A stretch of 63,177 nucleotides of DNA, filler included, from Octopus bimaculoides (GCF_001194135.2; 5 parts of 4 records of this genome joined end to end with filler, not necessarily neighbours in it), one strand, 5' to 3'. Positions 50,420 through 62,229 are shown, counted from the first letter of the whole stretch. The notes: a model not told the origin generated them from the letters alone. Made by a program: numbers and translations.

Positions 50420-50790
50420 GTAGTGCCAGGCAGTGGCTCTCATGGCTTCTGATCTTAACTGATTGGAAGTGTTATCATGTACATTGTTTTGTCTCGGTAT
50501 AAAAGATGGGCTACAGCAAATATTCTGCTCAGTACCACAGATTTGCTTGTCAGTTGTTTCACCTTAACCAGTTGAGCATGTCCCTTAGTGGATAACGATA
50601 TGTGCATCTCTTATCACGAACAGAAGTAGGGGGTGCCTCATTGCCATGTGTTGAGAGGAATTATTTGGGGTTTGGATAATTCACCTTTGGAAACACGGGT
50701 ATTTTGTTCAACATCTTTAAACAACCCTTAATGAAGGATCTTTTGAGCGAGATGGGCTACCCGATTTGATGAAAATTCTAACTGGGCCGC
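50420..50790 (+). mobile_element. Family E repeat
   Basis: Shares ctgctcagtaccacagat.tgcttgtca.ttg and gatatgtgcatctc with 25290-25460 (reverse complement) and 3490-3600. Confidence 0.7.
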
Positions 50791-50797
50791 CACTTTC

Positions 50798-51240
50798 AAA
50801 ATTAAAACAATACCTGTTGTCATAGGTGCCCTAGGAATGATAGAAAAAGGTGCGAATTGCTACTTAGCTCAGATACCAGGGAATCCAAAAATGGAAGAAA
50901 TTCAAAAAATATTGCTCATAGGAAGTGCCCATATCCTACGTAAAATATTGTCTATGTAATCCTCAAAACATTTTAATCCGTAAACAGTGTCAAAATACTT
51001 TTAAATGTACATAACAGCAAACACATTTTAATGCCATCTTAACATCTGACTATCATCTTATGATCAAATTACTTTTTAAACAAACTTCTAATTTACTTTT
51101 GATATACATTCTCTACAATAATACTCTGTGCAAAGCCATATATATGGCACACCGATCATAACACCAACTTGAAATTCTGATTTGTTGTCTTTTGAGATCT
51201 CTGGGTGAGACTTGGAACCGACTTGTACAAATACAAACAA
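50798..51240 (+). mobile_element. R4/Dong-clade non-LTR retrotransposon 3' end (restriction-like endonuclease C-terminus plus 3' UTR)
   Basis: Open frame KIKTIPVVIGALGMIEKGANCYLAQIPGNPKMEEIQKILLIGSAHILRKILSM* (50798-50959) matches IPVVIGALG...LQK..LLGTA.ILRK. Confidence 0.85.
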
Positions 51241-51274
51241 AACCAAACATATGATTATAACAATTATATTATTT

Positions 51275-51480
51275 CAAATGTTTGCCACAAGGGTAGCGTG
51301 GGGAAAATGGGGATGAGTCGATTACATCGACCCCAATGTTCAACTGGTATTTATTTTATCGAGCCGGAAAGGATGAACGGCAAAGTCGACCTCGGCGGAA
51401 TTTAAACTCAGAACGTAGCGATGGGCGAAACACCGCTAAGCATTTCTTCCGGTGTGCTAATGATTCTGCCAGCTCAACGC
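51275..51480 (-). mobile_element. SINE family B
   Basis: gagtcgattacatcgaccccaatgttcaactgg...gcaaagtcgacctcggcggaattt. Confidence 0.9.
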
Positions 51481-51502
51481 CTTACTATTACTACTATTGC
51501 TG

Positions 51503-51533
<31 letters not shown>

Positions 51534-51552
51534 NNNNNNNNNNCTACTACTA

Positions 51553-51588
<36 letters not shown>

Positions 51589-52089
51589 TCACTCCCCCTC
51601 CTCCTCCTTTTACTAATGATGATGATGATGATGATTGTGATGATAATGATGATGATTTCATTATGGGGTTATCCCTGGATTGTCAATAACGCATATGGAA
51701 TCAACAGTTACATATATTTGTGGCATAATATGGCAATGCTCATTAGATCGACATCCGATGAAACAATTGTAAATCAATGTTAGAAAGAGAGTTGCTTATT
51801 TCATTGAGTGAGATACAAAGGAAAACGATACGGCGTGTATAACGTCATAGATGGAAGAGGAATGTTTTTATAAAATTTATTTACCAATACAAAAATTCTA
51901 TGTACGTAAACACACGGGATACCTGAACAACGGAAGGTCTTTAGAGAAGCCTCTTAATGGAAATGTTTCGAGGACTCGTGTGCGCGCATAAAACACATCA
52001 TGTGATAGACATTGCATTCTGAGCGTGTATATATATGTATGTGTGTGTGTGTGTGTGTGTATTTATGTATGTAGGTATATATGTGTGTA

Positions 52090-52300
52090 TGTGTGTTTGC
52101 TGCTTTCTTCCAAGGAATCTAATGCTCTTAGCTTAGTTTTTCCTTGGGGCTGGCCAGATTGGAGCAATCTCGAGTATAACCAGCCGAAATTGCAAAGATA
52201 ATCTGGAACTCGACTGAGGATAGAAAACTCCGAATGACCCGTCCTTGTTTTCTTTGTATCGTCTGTCTGGATGTTGTCCCTTTTTTGTATCACCTAACTA
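52090..52300. mobile_element. Dispersed repeat family H
   Basis: Matches 9935-10070. Confidence 0.75.
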
Positions 52301-52533
52301 TCTGGATGTTTATATATTACTGTCCGCAGTTTATATTTTAAGGGTGAAAGGACTTATGAACATTTTGGTTATTATTTCAAGTCATAATGTAGCTGATAAA
52401 GAAGGTTTAATGGACTACTGTGTTTCGATAGCATTTCATTGATGCTTTCTTCAGATTATATCATGACAAAAAACCCCACCATCACCAGGTAAATTTAGTG
52501 GAACGAACAGGAAAAATAAGATTCGGTATATGA

Positions 52534-52573
<40 letters not shown>

Positions 52574-53479
52574 NNNNNNNNNNNNNNNNNNNNNNNNNNN
52601 NNNNNNNNNNNNNNNNNNNNNNNNNNNNNNNNNNNNNNNNNNNNNNNNNNNNNNNNNNNNNNNNNNNNNNNNNNNNNNNNNNNNNNNNNNNNNNNNNNNN
52701 NNNNNNNNNNNNNNNNNNNNNNNNNNNNNNNNNNNNNNNNNNNNNNNNNNNNNNNNNNNNNNNNNNNNNNNNNNNNNNNNNNNNNNNNNNNNNNNNNNNN
52801 NNNNNNNNNNNNNNNNNNNNNNNNNNNNNNNNNNNNNNNNNNNNNNNNNNNNNNNNNNNNNNNNNNNNNNNNNNNNNNNNNNNNNNNNNNNNNNNNNNNN
52901 NNNNNNNNNNNNNNNNNNNNNNNNNNNNNNNNNNNNNNNNNNNNNNNNNNNNNNNNNNNNNNNNNNNNNNNNNNNNNNNNNNNNNNNNNNNNNNNNNNNN
53001 NNNNNNNNNNNNNNNNNNNATATATATATATATATAATGCATTTCTAAATCTCTCAGAGAGATTTATGCAGTAGTGATACGATAAAGTAGTTGTATGCTG
53101 TTTGTGTATTTGTTTATATATAGACAAATGTGTGTGTATGTGTACGTACAGTATGCAATCAACAAATGACAACTATGAGTTGCTTCAACATACTGTAAGC
53201 TCAATACTAGGAGGTACCCAGCCAGTCCAGGCGCCCTACATGCTCATTCACCCAGATTCTAATGACCCCCGCAACTGAAATATCTCTCTTTCTCTTTCCC
53301 CCTCCCCTTCTCTTTCTTTCTCTCGCCCTCTCTCTCTCTCTGTATCTATCTGGTTCTTTGTACAACATACAAGCTTTCCCGCATTCGTATAGCTGCATGC
53401 AAACATGCACTCATACATTCATTATACATGTTTATTATCATTTCGATAAGAAAACATTGTAATTACAAACGTTTCTATG

Positions 53480-53810
53480 TGAAGGTACATGGCTTAGTGG
53501 TTAGAGCGTCGGGCTCACAATCATGAAGTAGTGAGTTCAATTCCCGCACCGAGCTGTTTGCTGGGTTCTTGAGCAAGACAGTTTATTTCACGTTGCTCCT
53601 GTTCACTCAACTGTAGAAATGAGTTGCGATGTCACTGGTGCCAAGCTATATCGACCCCTCTGCCTTCCCCCTGGATAGCATCAGTGGAGTAGAGGGGGCA
53701 GGCTGGTAAGCGTGGACGACTGCTGATCTTCCATAAACATTCTTGCTGGGACTGTCTCAGAAGGTAACTTTCTAGGAGTAATCCCATGGTCATTCATGAT
53801 TGAAGTGGGG
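53480..53810 (+). mobile_element. SINE with a family-D-type head and a different body/tail
   Basis: catggcttagtggttagagcgtcgg...gagttcaattccc...gttcttgagcaagacagtttatttcacgttgctcc, then sequence unlike the 10303 and 24478 tails. Confidence 0.7.
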
Positions 53811-55599
53811 TTTTACTTTTTATAAACATTTCTATGTATATATGCGGAAATGTAGATAACAGGTTTTTAGTAGGTGTTATGCTACTTTCATAATATATGG
53901 AACATAAATATAGCGGTGTGTATGCTTGTGTTTATGTATGTTTGTGTATGTTTGTACTAGTGTTTTTATCTGAGTACATTTACGTGTGTATATTTGTGGA
54001 CCCGTAAATGTCTGTAAATATATGTATATTTTTGTTTAGATAGTGTTAATACAATGAACAATAAAAGGACAACACTATTTGATGAATACGTTGGTAGCTT
54101 AACACTTAGATGGAAAGCGAAGGCGTCTTAACGTTTCGGACTTTTATCCTTCGCCAGTAGAAAGGAAGAAAGACAGACAGAGAGAAAGAAAGAAGCATAA
54201 GAGTTAGAAAGACAAAAGTCAGGTAGAAGAAGCAAGAGATATATGTGTATGCTTATACATGTGGTTGAGAATTTCACCAAATATGGCTGCGTGTGACTAT
54301 CGTTGATTTTTTATGTGTGTACCATTTTATACGTTTATGTGTGTCTATATGTATAGCTGCGTGTATATATGCGTATATTTGTGTGTACGAATGTTTATGG
54401 TTCGTCTACGCATCTCATTCGTATGTGTGATTGTGTGTATGTATGCGTGTGCCTACCTGTTTATATGTTTGTGCAGTATGTTGCGCTTGTGAGTATGTGT
54501 GTACTGATTTTTCTCAAATACTTATGAACTCACTGCAGACAAATTTAACACAGTAGATACTTAATAATATTTAGCATTAAATATTCATGAATATTTACAG
54601 CCTTAGATTCATTACATCTAAATCAGCAAACAATTAAAGAAATTGAAACAAAAACAAATTACCTTTCTCATTGGAAAAACTAGTTAAAACTACAGCAGAA
54701 GTCTTTAAATAAACTCTGGTACGTATATACATTCTATTTCTATATTCGTGAAATTATTTCTCTATTTCTTTCCAAACAGTAAACAGAATTCGTGGTTTTT
54801 CCCTTGGGGCAAGTTTTTTTTTTTTTTTTTTTTTACATAAAGAATGTATATTTATGTTGGTCTAAAGATCTTTTGTTTCGTTTGCGTAAGATGAATTTAA
54901 ATGATGCTGGTGGTGGCGGTGGTTGTGGAGGTGGCGCATGCCCCTCTCTATGTATGAGTAGCATAGATAGGTAGATACGTGTGTGAGTTTAAGTGTTGTA
55001 TATATATAGATACATGTATATATGTATATATATGTATATATATGTATATATATATNNNNNNNNNNNNNNNNNNNNNNNNNNNNNNNNNNNNNNNNNNNNN
55101 NNNNNNNNNNNNNNNNNNNNNNNNNNNNNNNNNNNNNNNNNNNNNNNNNNNNNNNNNNNNNNNNNNNNNNNNNNNNNNNNNNNNNNNNNNNNNNNNNNNN
55201 NNNNNNNNNNNNNNNNNNNNNNNNNNNNNNNNNNNNNNNNNNNNNNNNNNNNNNNNNNNNNNNNNNNNNNNNNNNNNNNNNNNNNNNNNNNNNNNNNNNN
55301 NNNNNNNNNNNNNNNNNNNNNNNNNNNNNNNNNNNNNNNNNNNNNNNNNNNNNNNNNNNNNNNNNNNNNNNNNNNNNNNNNNNNNNNNNNNNNNNNNNNN
55401 NNNNNNNNNNNNNNNNNNNNNNNNNNNNNNNNNNNNNNNNNNNNNNNNNNNNNNNNNNNNNNNNNNNNNNNNNNNNNNNNNNNNNNNNNNNNNNNNNNNN
55501 NNNNNNNNNNNNNNNNNNNNNNNNNNNNNNNNNNNNNNNNNNNNNNNNNNNNNNNNNNNNNNNNNNGAGAGAGAGAGAGAGAGAGAGTTATTTACTGTC

Positions 55600-56440
55600 C
55601 GAAAGTTGTCTGTCCTTCACCTCACAGTTTTCTTCCAGAAGGTTTTTGTATAGTTTTTTCGAGCGGTATTTTTGGAATCTCCCTACTGCATCCGGGTAGA
55701 GAGATTTCAGTGTGCTGCGTGTGTTCTGTGTATGATTTTAATGTGTTGTAGTGGTGTTGGGCGTGGCTGGTTCTTTGTTTTGGTATCATTTGCTGTTATG
55801 TTGGTGTTTGACCTAATGTATTCCATTACGTCTGGATTGTTGGTGTTTATAGCTGCCAGCATTGTAGAGGTGGGGGTGTGTTAGTGTGTTTGTGTTGATG
55901 CTTTTGTTTTCTGCGGGTGTTTTGGTTTCGGGAGTGGTAAACCTCTACGCTTTGTTTGTCTGCTTCTCTACTCTTTTTCTCCCCTTTTTCTCTCCCCTGT
56001 TGCCACTTGCCAATCCTCCATGTCGTCTTTATCTGACGACATGTCGAAGGAATCAGAGGTTGGGAGGGCAAGGGTTTTGGGATCTATTTCTGAGTGCGTT
56101 GATTTTGTTGTTGGTGGTGTTGGTGGTGTTTGGTGACACTTGGGATGTGGTGTTTGGGTTTTTAGGGGTGGGTATGACTCATTTTAGTTTCCTCTTCTTC
56201 CTGTAGAGTTGTTGGCGGTGGCGATGATGGTGTTGGTTCTGTTCTTGGTGGCGCTGCTTGTGGTAGTGTTGTTTGGTTTGGCAGGCTTGTTGGTTGCTGA
56301 TGTTCCTTCATTTATTTGTAGAGCTGCTTAATTAGTTGTGCATATGGCGGTGTGGGTAGAAGTGCTGGTTTTTGGTTTTCTGTGTTGTTGCTGTTGCTTT
56401 TGTGGTCTTGTTGTCGTTGCTGTTGTTTCTGTGCTAGTGG
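55600..56440 (-). mobile_element. Possible decayed LINE ORF1-like region
   Basis: The reverse strand is A/C-rich and reads Pro/Thr/Gln-rich, then DSFDMSSDKDDMEDWQVATGERKRGEKE*. This acidic-W-basic pattern is typical of I/Jockey/L1 ORF1 N-termini. Multiple stops. Confidence 0.35.
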
Positions 56441-56451
56441 GCAGTTAGGTT

Positions 56452-56729
56452 TTAAATGTGTTTTGCTACCACAAACGTTACAACTTGGCTTTCTTCCTTC
56501 GAGGGTTTAAGTTTGTCTAGGGCCCTTCTAAAGCGGTACGCCAGTTCGCCTCTAGGGGTGATGTCGACGAACATGACGCTCTGGTACTTGTGGCTATCGT
56601 ACCATGAGCTTGCCTTCCCTATTTTCTTCTTAGTCCTTTCTATGGTGTTCCATGATTTGCTCCTATAGAGTGGGCAAGTCCCATTCCTATCGTTGCGTTT
56701 GATTGTTTCAAACTTCTTCATAGCTCCTT
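56452..56729 (-). mobile_element. Penelope-like (Neptune-type) RT-to-endonuclease linker remnant
   Basis: DRNGTCPLYRSKSWNTIERTKKKIGKASSWY...SVMFVDITPRGELA matches the G..PLYR...W...R.K.K...W / SV.FV..TP.GEL pattern. Truncated by a gap. Confidence 0.7.
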
Positions 56730-56839
56730 NNNNNNNNNNNNNNNNNNNNNNNNNNNNNNNNNNNNNNNNNNNNTTAATTAATTAANNNNNNNNNNNNNNN
56801 NNNNNNNNNNNNNNNNNNNNNNNNNNNNNACACACACAC

Positions 56840-57005
56840 ACACACACACACACAACACGGGCTTCTTTCAGTTTCCGTCTACCAAATCCCTCGAAAGGCT
56901 TTGGTCGGCCCGAGGTTACAAGACACTTGACTAATGTTGCACACAGCGGTACTGAACCCGGTAACATTTGGTTGGGAAGCAAACTTCTTACCATACAACC
57001 ACAAG
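56840..57005 (-). mobile_element. SINE family A head
   Basis: gggcttctttcagtttccgtctaccaaatcc...actgaacccggtaacatttggttgggaagcaaac. Confidence 0.85.
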
Positions 57006-57017
57006 CATTTATACATG

Positions 57018-57052
<35 letters not shown>

Positions 57053-58379
57053 GATGTATAGTCACATATATACTTGTGTGCGTGTAAGTGTATACATATA
57101 TATACTTACATACACACCCATTAACATGACATGAGCCAATGAAATGAACAAAGAGAAAAATGGCGGGACTTAGCGACAGGTAAAAACAAAGGTTATTACT
57201 GTTATTTTTTTAATTATTATTTGTGTCTTTGTTTTTTTTATTGTTGCTGTTGTTATTAGGACACAGGGTCGTTGTTATTGTTGTATGTAATGGTGTTGTT
57301 GTACAAGGGAATTCCACCTGTTACGTACCTTAAATATCTCTCAGACGTAGCCTAACACTTTCCAACACATGTCAACGCACAAACACCCCACATACAATAC
57401 ATGCACACATACACAGATGCCAAAATCCATCCTGGCACACACACATCTATCTATCTATCTATCTATCTAGCTATATGTGAGTGTGTATTATGTATAGATG
57501 ATCTCTCTCTCTCTATATATATATATATAAACTGTTAAGAGTAGATATTAGACCTTGATCTTAGCCACACACACACACACACACACACACACTAGGTTAT
57601 GGGTATGCATATTTGTGGGTTGATCAGCCACGTTAATTTCACGAGCAGGCTGTTCCGTTGATCGGATCAACTGGAACACTCGTCGTCGTAACCGACGGAG
57701 TTCCAGTTATATATGATGTACACACACACATACATACACGCGCGCGCGCGCGTATATTTGTATGTATATATTCTTTAGATAATTCTTTAAATATATGTTT
57801 GTGTGCGTGTGTGTGTGTTAACACACTTCATCATAGATGTTTCTGTTAGATGACTCCATTCCCTGAGAGGAGAAATGAAAGGAAGGGAATGAAGTATACT
57901 GAGAGGGCAAAGCTATGCCGAAACAATGGTTTGCAAAGAAGGTGTGATTTAATTGGGGAGGAGACTGTTTTCCAGGCAGTTTCTCTATCGTGCCTACATA
58001 CTGGTCATCTGAGAAGCTAGCCCGTGGAAGTCCACTGGCTTGGCTCTGGTATTAGCGGAAGTGACTTACTCGTGGTTTGGGGTCAGGAGATATGTACTCT
58101 GAAAGGAGAACTGGGGCTTGATCAACTCCGAGTGGTCTTCCTGTGTGAGGGTGTTTAATATCTGAAATACCCAATGACCCCAGGAAAAGTACTGCTGATG
58201 TGTCCAAGCACATCATACGATGATGTATGCTAAAGAAATATCTATGAAAATATCCTGCGTACGTGTGTGTGTGTGTGTTTAATGTTATAATTAAAAATCG
58301 CGAATCTTGTTAAATACAGCGACCGAAGGGTTCCTGGTTCAAAATTATAATTTATTTCGCTATTTTTCAAGCTGAGAAC

Positions 58380-58775
58380 AAGAGCGATATAGCTTCCGTT
58401 GTTTATAGAGCACAAGTTTCAGTAAACTACGACAACGGCCGTACAGAGATCAAACGTTATATCAGAATCATGGAAGGAAAATTTAAATCCACATATAACA
58501 ACGATCTTTCGAATTTTAGGTACCGTGATAAGAGACATTCAACGATCTTTTCGGCTTTAATTTGGAAACTTAAAGACGACCGAACCGGTTTCAACATCAA
58601 ATGGAAAATTCCTCTCCAAATCCAGACCATTTATGAACGGGTTCAAAAAATGTTCAGTATGTTCACTTGAAAAACTGTCTCTTAAAAAACTTGAGAATCT
58701 CAAAAAATAAATTCTAGGAATGAGATTTTTTTCTGTATGTCCGCATTTCAAGAAATACATCTTGCCGCACACTTA
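58380..58775 (+). mobile_element. Penelope-like GIY-YIG endonuclease remnant
   Basis: SVVYRAQV...KRYIRIMEGKFKSTYNNDLSNF...STIFSALIWKLKD..FNIKWKI, then after frameshifts KKCSVCSLEK and RNEIFSVCPH. This matches the VY..YIG.TE..FK.RY.NH..SF / W.LK / C.LC..EK / R.E....C.H series. Confidence 0.85.
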
Positions 58776-59569
58776 GTAGATATTTAACATCTTGTTTACT
58801 TCTTGCTTGACATCGAATTATTGTAGTGTTGATTATAACCCTTGTGTTTTTCTTGTTATCTTCTTCTTTACTGGCGTCTCTTGTTTAAACATTGTCTGAT
58901 CAAAAGACAACTGGCAAACGGTCTTGTTCTCGGCTTGTTCTGACTCTCATAAACTCTGTAACAACCCCAACCACATCTCGCTCCACTAACTGACGAAATG
59001 CGTTCATTTTCTCTCTCGTGTTGCTTATATTTATAGAATTTCGAAACAAAAGTTTCGGGCAAAAAGGCAAAAAATTTCCTCGCCTCTTATCTATGCTGAG
59101 TCATGGCAGGACATATTTACGTGATTAATCAACGGTTTTTCGTCGGGAAAATGTTTTGCTTTTTTTTTTTTGCAACTGTAGATATAAATAGAAAAGAGAT
59201 ATACGTGTGTGTATGTATGTATGTGTATGTGTGTGTGTGTATTTTACTTGAGTCCTGCGTCGCATAAGGCCAGTCACTCGATTTCCGTGGTGAGGTCAGT
59301 GTTGTCTTAAGGGTGGGTGGCACAGTGGGCAGTTGCTGTGGCTTATTGTCAATAAATATATACTATAGGGCTCAGTGTGTCGAGTTGTCCAGGGACCTCT
59401 TGGGTCTTGAGACCCAATTCTAATCTATGTGTGCAGTGACTTGCTGCCAATAAATTAATACTATAGGGTCCAGAGGCCTGATCTGCTCAGGGGTCTATAA
59501 TGCTCTTACGACGGCCCCAGGCGAGATCACAACGTTCCCTCTAACCGGGACGCCGCCGTTCTGTTGTAC

Positions 59570-59745
59570 GGTTCAAGGCAAGCAACTTTCAGGGGAGGGG
59601 TTAAGTCAGTAATCCAGTACTAGGCCAGTTCTTTATTTTACAGATGCCGAAAGTACAAAAGGTCAAATTGACTTCGGTTAGATTTGAACTCAAAATGTAA
59701 AGACGGACGAAAGGTCGCTAAGAATTTTGTCCGAATTTTGTCCGG
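59570..59745 (-). mobile_element. SINE family B, diverged
   Basis: ggttcaaggcaagcaactttcaggggagggg...atttgaactcaaaatgtaaagacggacgaaa. Confidence 0.7.
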
Positions 59746-59959
59746 TCGCGAGTGGACAGCCATCATCATCATCATTATATATATATATATCAATTTAAAT
59801 TTGCTACGTTGATAACAGGTACAATATTTTTACCAAATATTTGGTAGAGATCTAAAAATNNNNNNNNNNNNNNNNNNNNNNNNNNNNNNNNNNNNNNNNN
59901 NNNTTAATTAATTAANNNNNNNNNNNNNNNNNNNNNNNNNNNNNNNNNNNNNNNNNNNN

Positions 59960-60294
59960 TACACACAGAACAAAAAACAGTAGAGAAGAGTAAAAAACAC
60001 TTGCCTTTAGTTAATTTAGTACAATTGTTTCACAGTTAAGAGTAAAAATACTCTATTCTGATCTTCAGCTAAATATTCTAATAAATTTGTTAATGTCTAA
60101 ATAACTCACCACGTGGTATTGATGTTCACATGGTCAAAATTAACGTGAGTTATTTAGACATTAACAAATTTATTAGAATATTTAGCTGAAGATCAGAATA
60201 GAGTATTTTTACTCTTAACTGTGAAACAATTGTACTAAATTAACTAAAGGCAAGTGTTTTTTACTCTTCTCTACTGTTTTTTGTTCTGTGTGTA
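59960..60294. repeat. Perfect 150-bp inverted repeat with a 35-nt spacer
   Basis: 59960-60109 is the exact reverse complement of 60145-60294 and abuts a scaffold gap. Confidence 0.9.
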
Positions 60295-60929
60295 TCAAAA
60301 ATATCGCTATCAATCTGGAGTAATAATTTTGTAGTTTTGAATTCAGTAGTTCTTTGACTACTATTTCTGAATTCCCAGTATGTTGGAGAAGCAGGTTACT
60401 GTCAATCCCTATATATTTATGATTATAAATGTTTTTTACCGAAGAAGGTTTTTTCATACTGAGCTACCCGGCAAAATTGTTGATTATTAATTTTATTACT
60501 AATTGACGATTCCCTGCCCTGCATATCTATATGTGTATATATATATATATATATATAGACACTCGCACACATCCACTCACAAACACCTACACGAACACAC
60601 ACACGCACACACAAACATACGAACACACACACACATATACATACACACACATGGTCACACACTCACGCACTTATGCAAATATAAGCACATGCGCGCGCAA
60701 CTATTGACTGGTTTTCGCTTGGCTTGTTGAAAGTCTCAGATAACTTGTGTTTATAATGAAAATGCATCTTTCATCGCATACATCCATACACTTGTGTGTA
60801 TTCTATACACTCAGGCAAACATGTGGATGCAGCATGTGTAGTTTGCATGTGCAGCGATGCTTAATCTAATCTGGATTCCGTTTTAGGCTAAGAAAGTCTT
60901 TTAATGTACATGTAATGTGGTCGCGATTA

Positions 60930-61025
60930 ATAGCGTTTATCGGTAACACACACATGCACACGTAAGCATATGAATGCGCGCGTGTGTGTGTGACTGTTTA
61001 TGTGCGGGAGTGTGTGTATGTGTAT

Positions 61026-61114
<89 letters not shown>

Positions 61115-61510
61115 TAATATATTCATATATATACATATATATATACATATATATATACATGTATGTACATATATATGTATTTATGCATATATACATATAT
61201 ATTAGCAATTATATATACATATATATTAGCAATTATATATGTACGTATATATATATATTACACTTTATGCATATATGTCTGTATTTATATATATATATAT
61301 ATATATATTGACATGCCCCAAAGTTTACACGCATTTATATTCAAACATACACACATGCAGACACACATACATATATACATACGCATACACACATATATAC
61401 ATACACACACACATATATATACGTGTATATATATACATATATATATATATATAGACATGCATATGTATACACTCACGTATATACTAAAACGCGCAAACAC
61501 ACACACACAC
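60930..61510. repeat. Long (TA)n and compound TA/CA tract
   Basis: Pure (TA)n at about 61030-61110, plus degenerate flanks including a duplicated atattagcaattatat unit. Confidence 0.95.
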
Positions 61511-62229
61511 TCAGTGATTCACAAAAATTATTACACCCTTGCTTCTCGTATTTATTTCCTTCATTTTCTCTCTCACAATGAAATTTCTGTCACAACGTCT
61601 GCTACTTTTCTTATTTTTTTCCAATTGCATTATCATATCTTCAACAAACTCTGCTGCGAGTTTGTTGTAACATACAGAAATACCGATGCTCGTTGATAAG
61701 ACTCTTGGATGAAGCCCCTGATTATAGTTTTTAAGTTCCCCATAGACAATGATCTACTTAACTAACAGTGTAACATTGACTGATGGTGTCTTAGAAACTG
61801 AAGATTTTGTTGCGACCTAATATTGTTACTGGTTCTGTTTTCTACACTTCTCTACTGCATCTCTAATTTCTCGGTTAAAATTCGTCTTAGGTGACTTTTG
61901 CTGTCACAACTGCAACAACTAGGTTTTCTTTTTGCAGTAAAGTTTCCACTCATTTACTTATTTATTTATTTTTCCTTAAATTTTCGTTGCGTCTTGAAAT
62001 CTTTTCAGTAATGAAAAGGTTCCAAGATGCAACAAAAATATTAAAGATAATTTGGTAAATGAGTGGAAACTTTACCTGTGCGGTGTGTTAAATAATAAGG
62101 CAGTAAAAGAGAATGACCCCGCCCCCTCACCGCTGGCACAACAGAATATGCTTCAACACACGAACTCACATAAATAATCTTGCAAACCAAATCCGAAAGA
62201 GAAATATATATGCAAACACACACACAACG

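Noticed and set aside
54719-54779. Plus-strand 61-nt GT...AG mini-intron-like segment
   Set aside because: The flanks have no open reading frame or other support; it is likely chance in AT-rich DNA.
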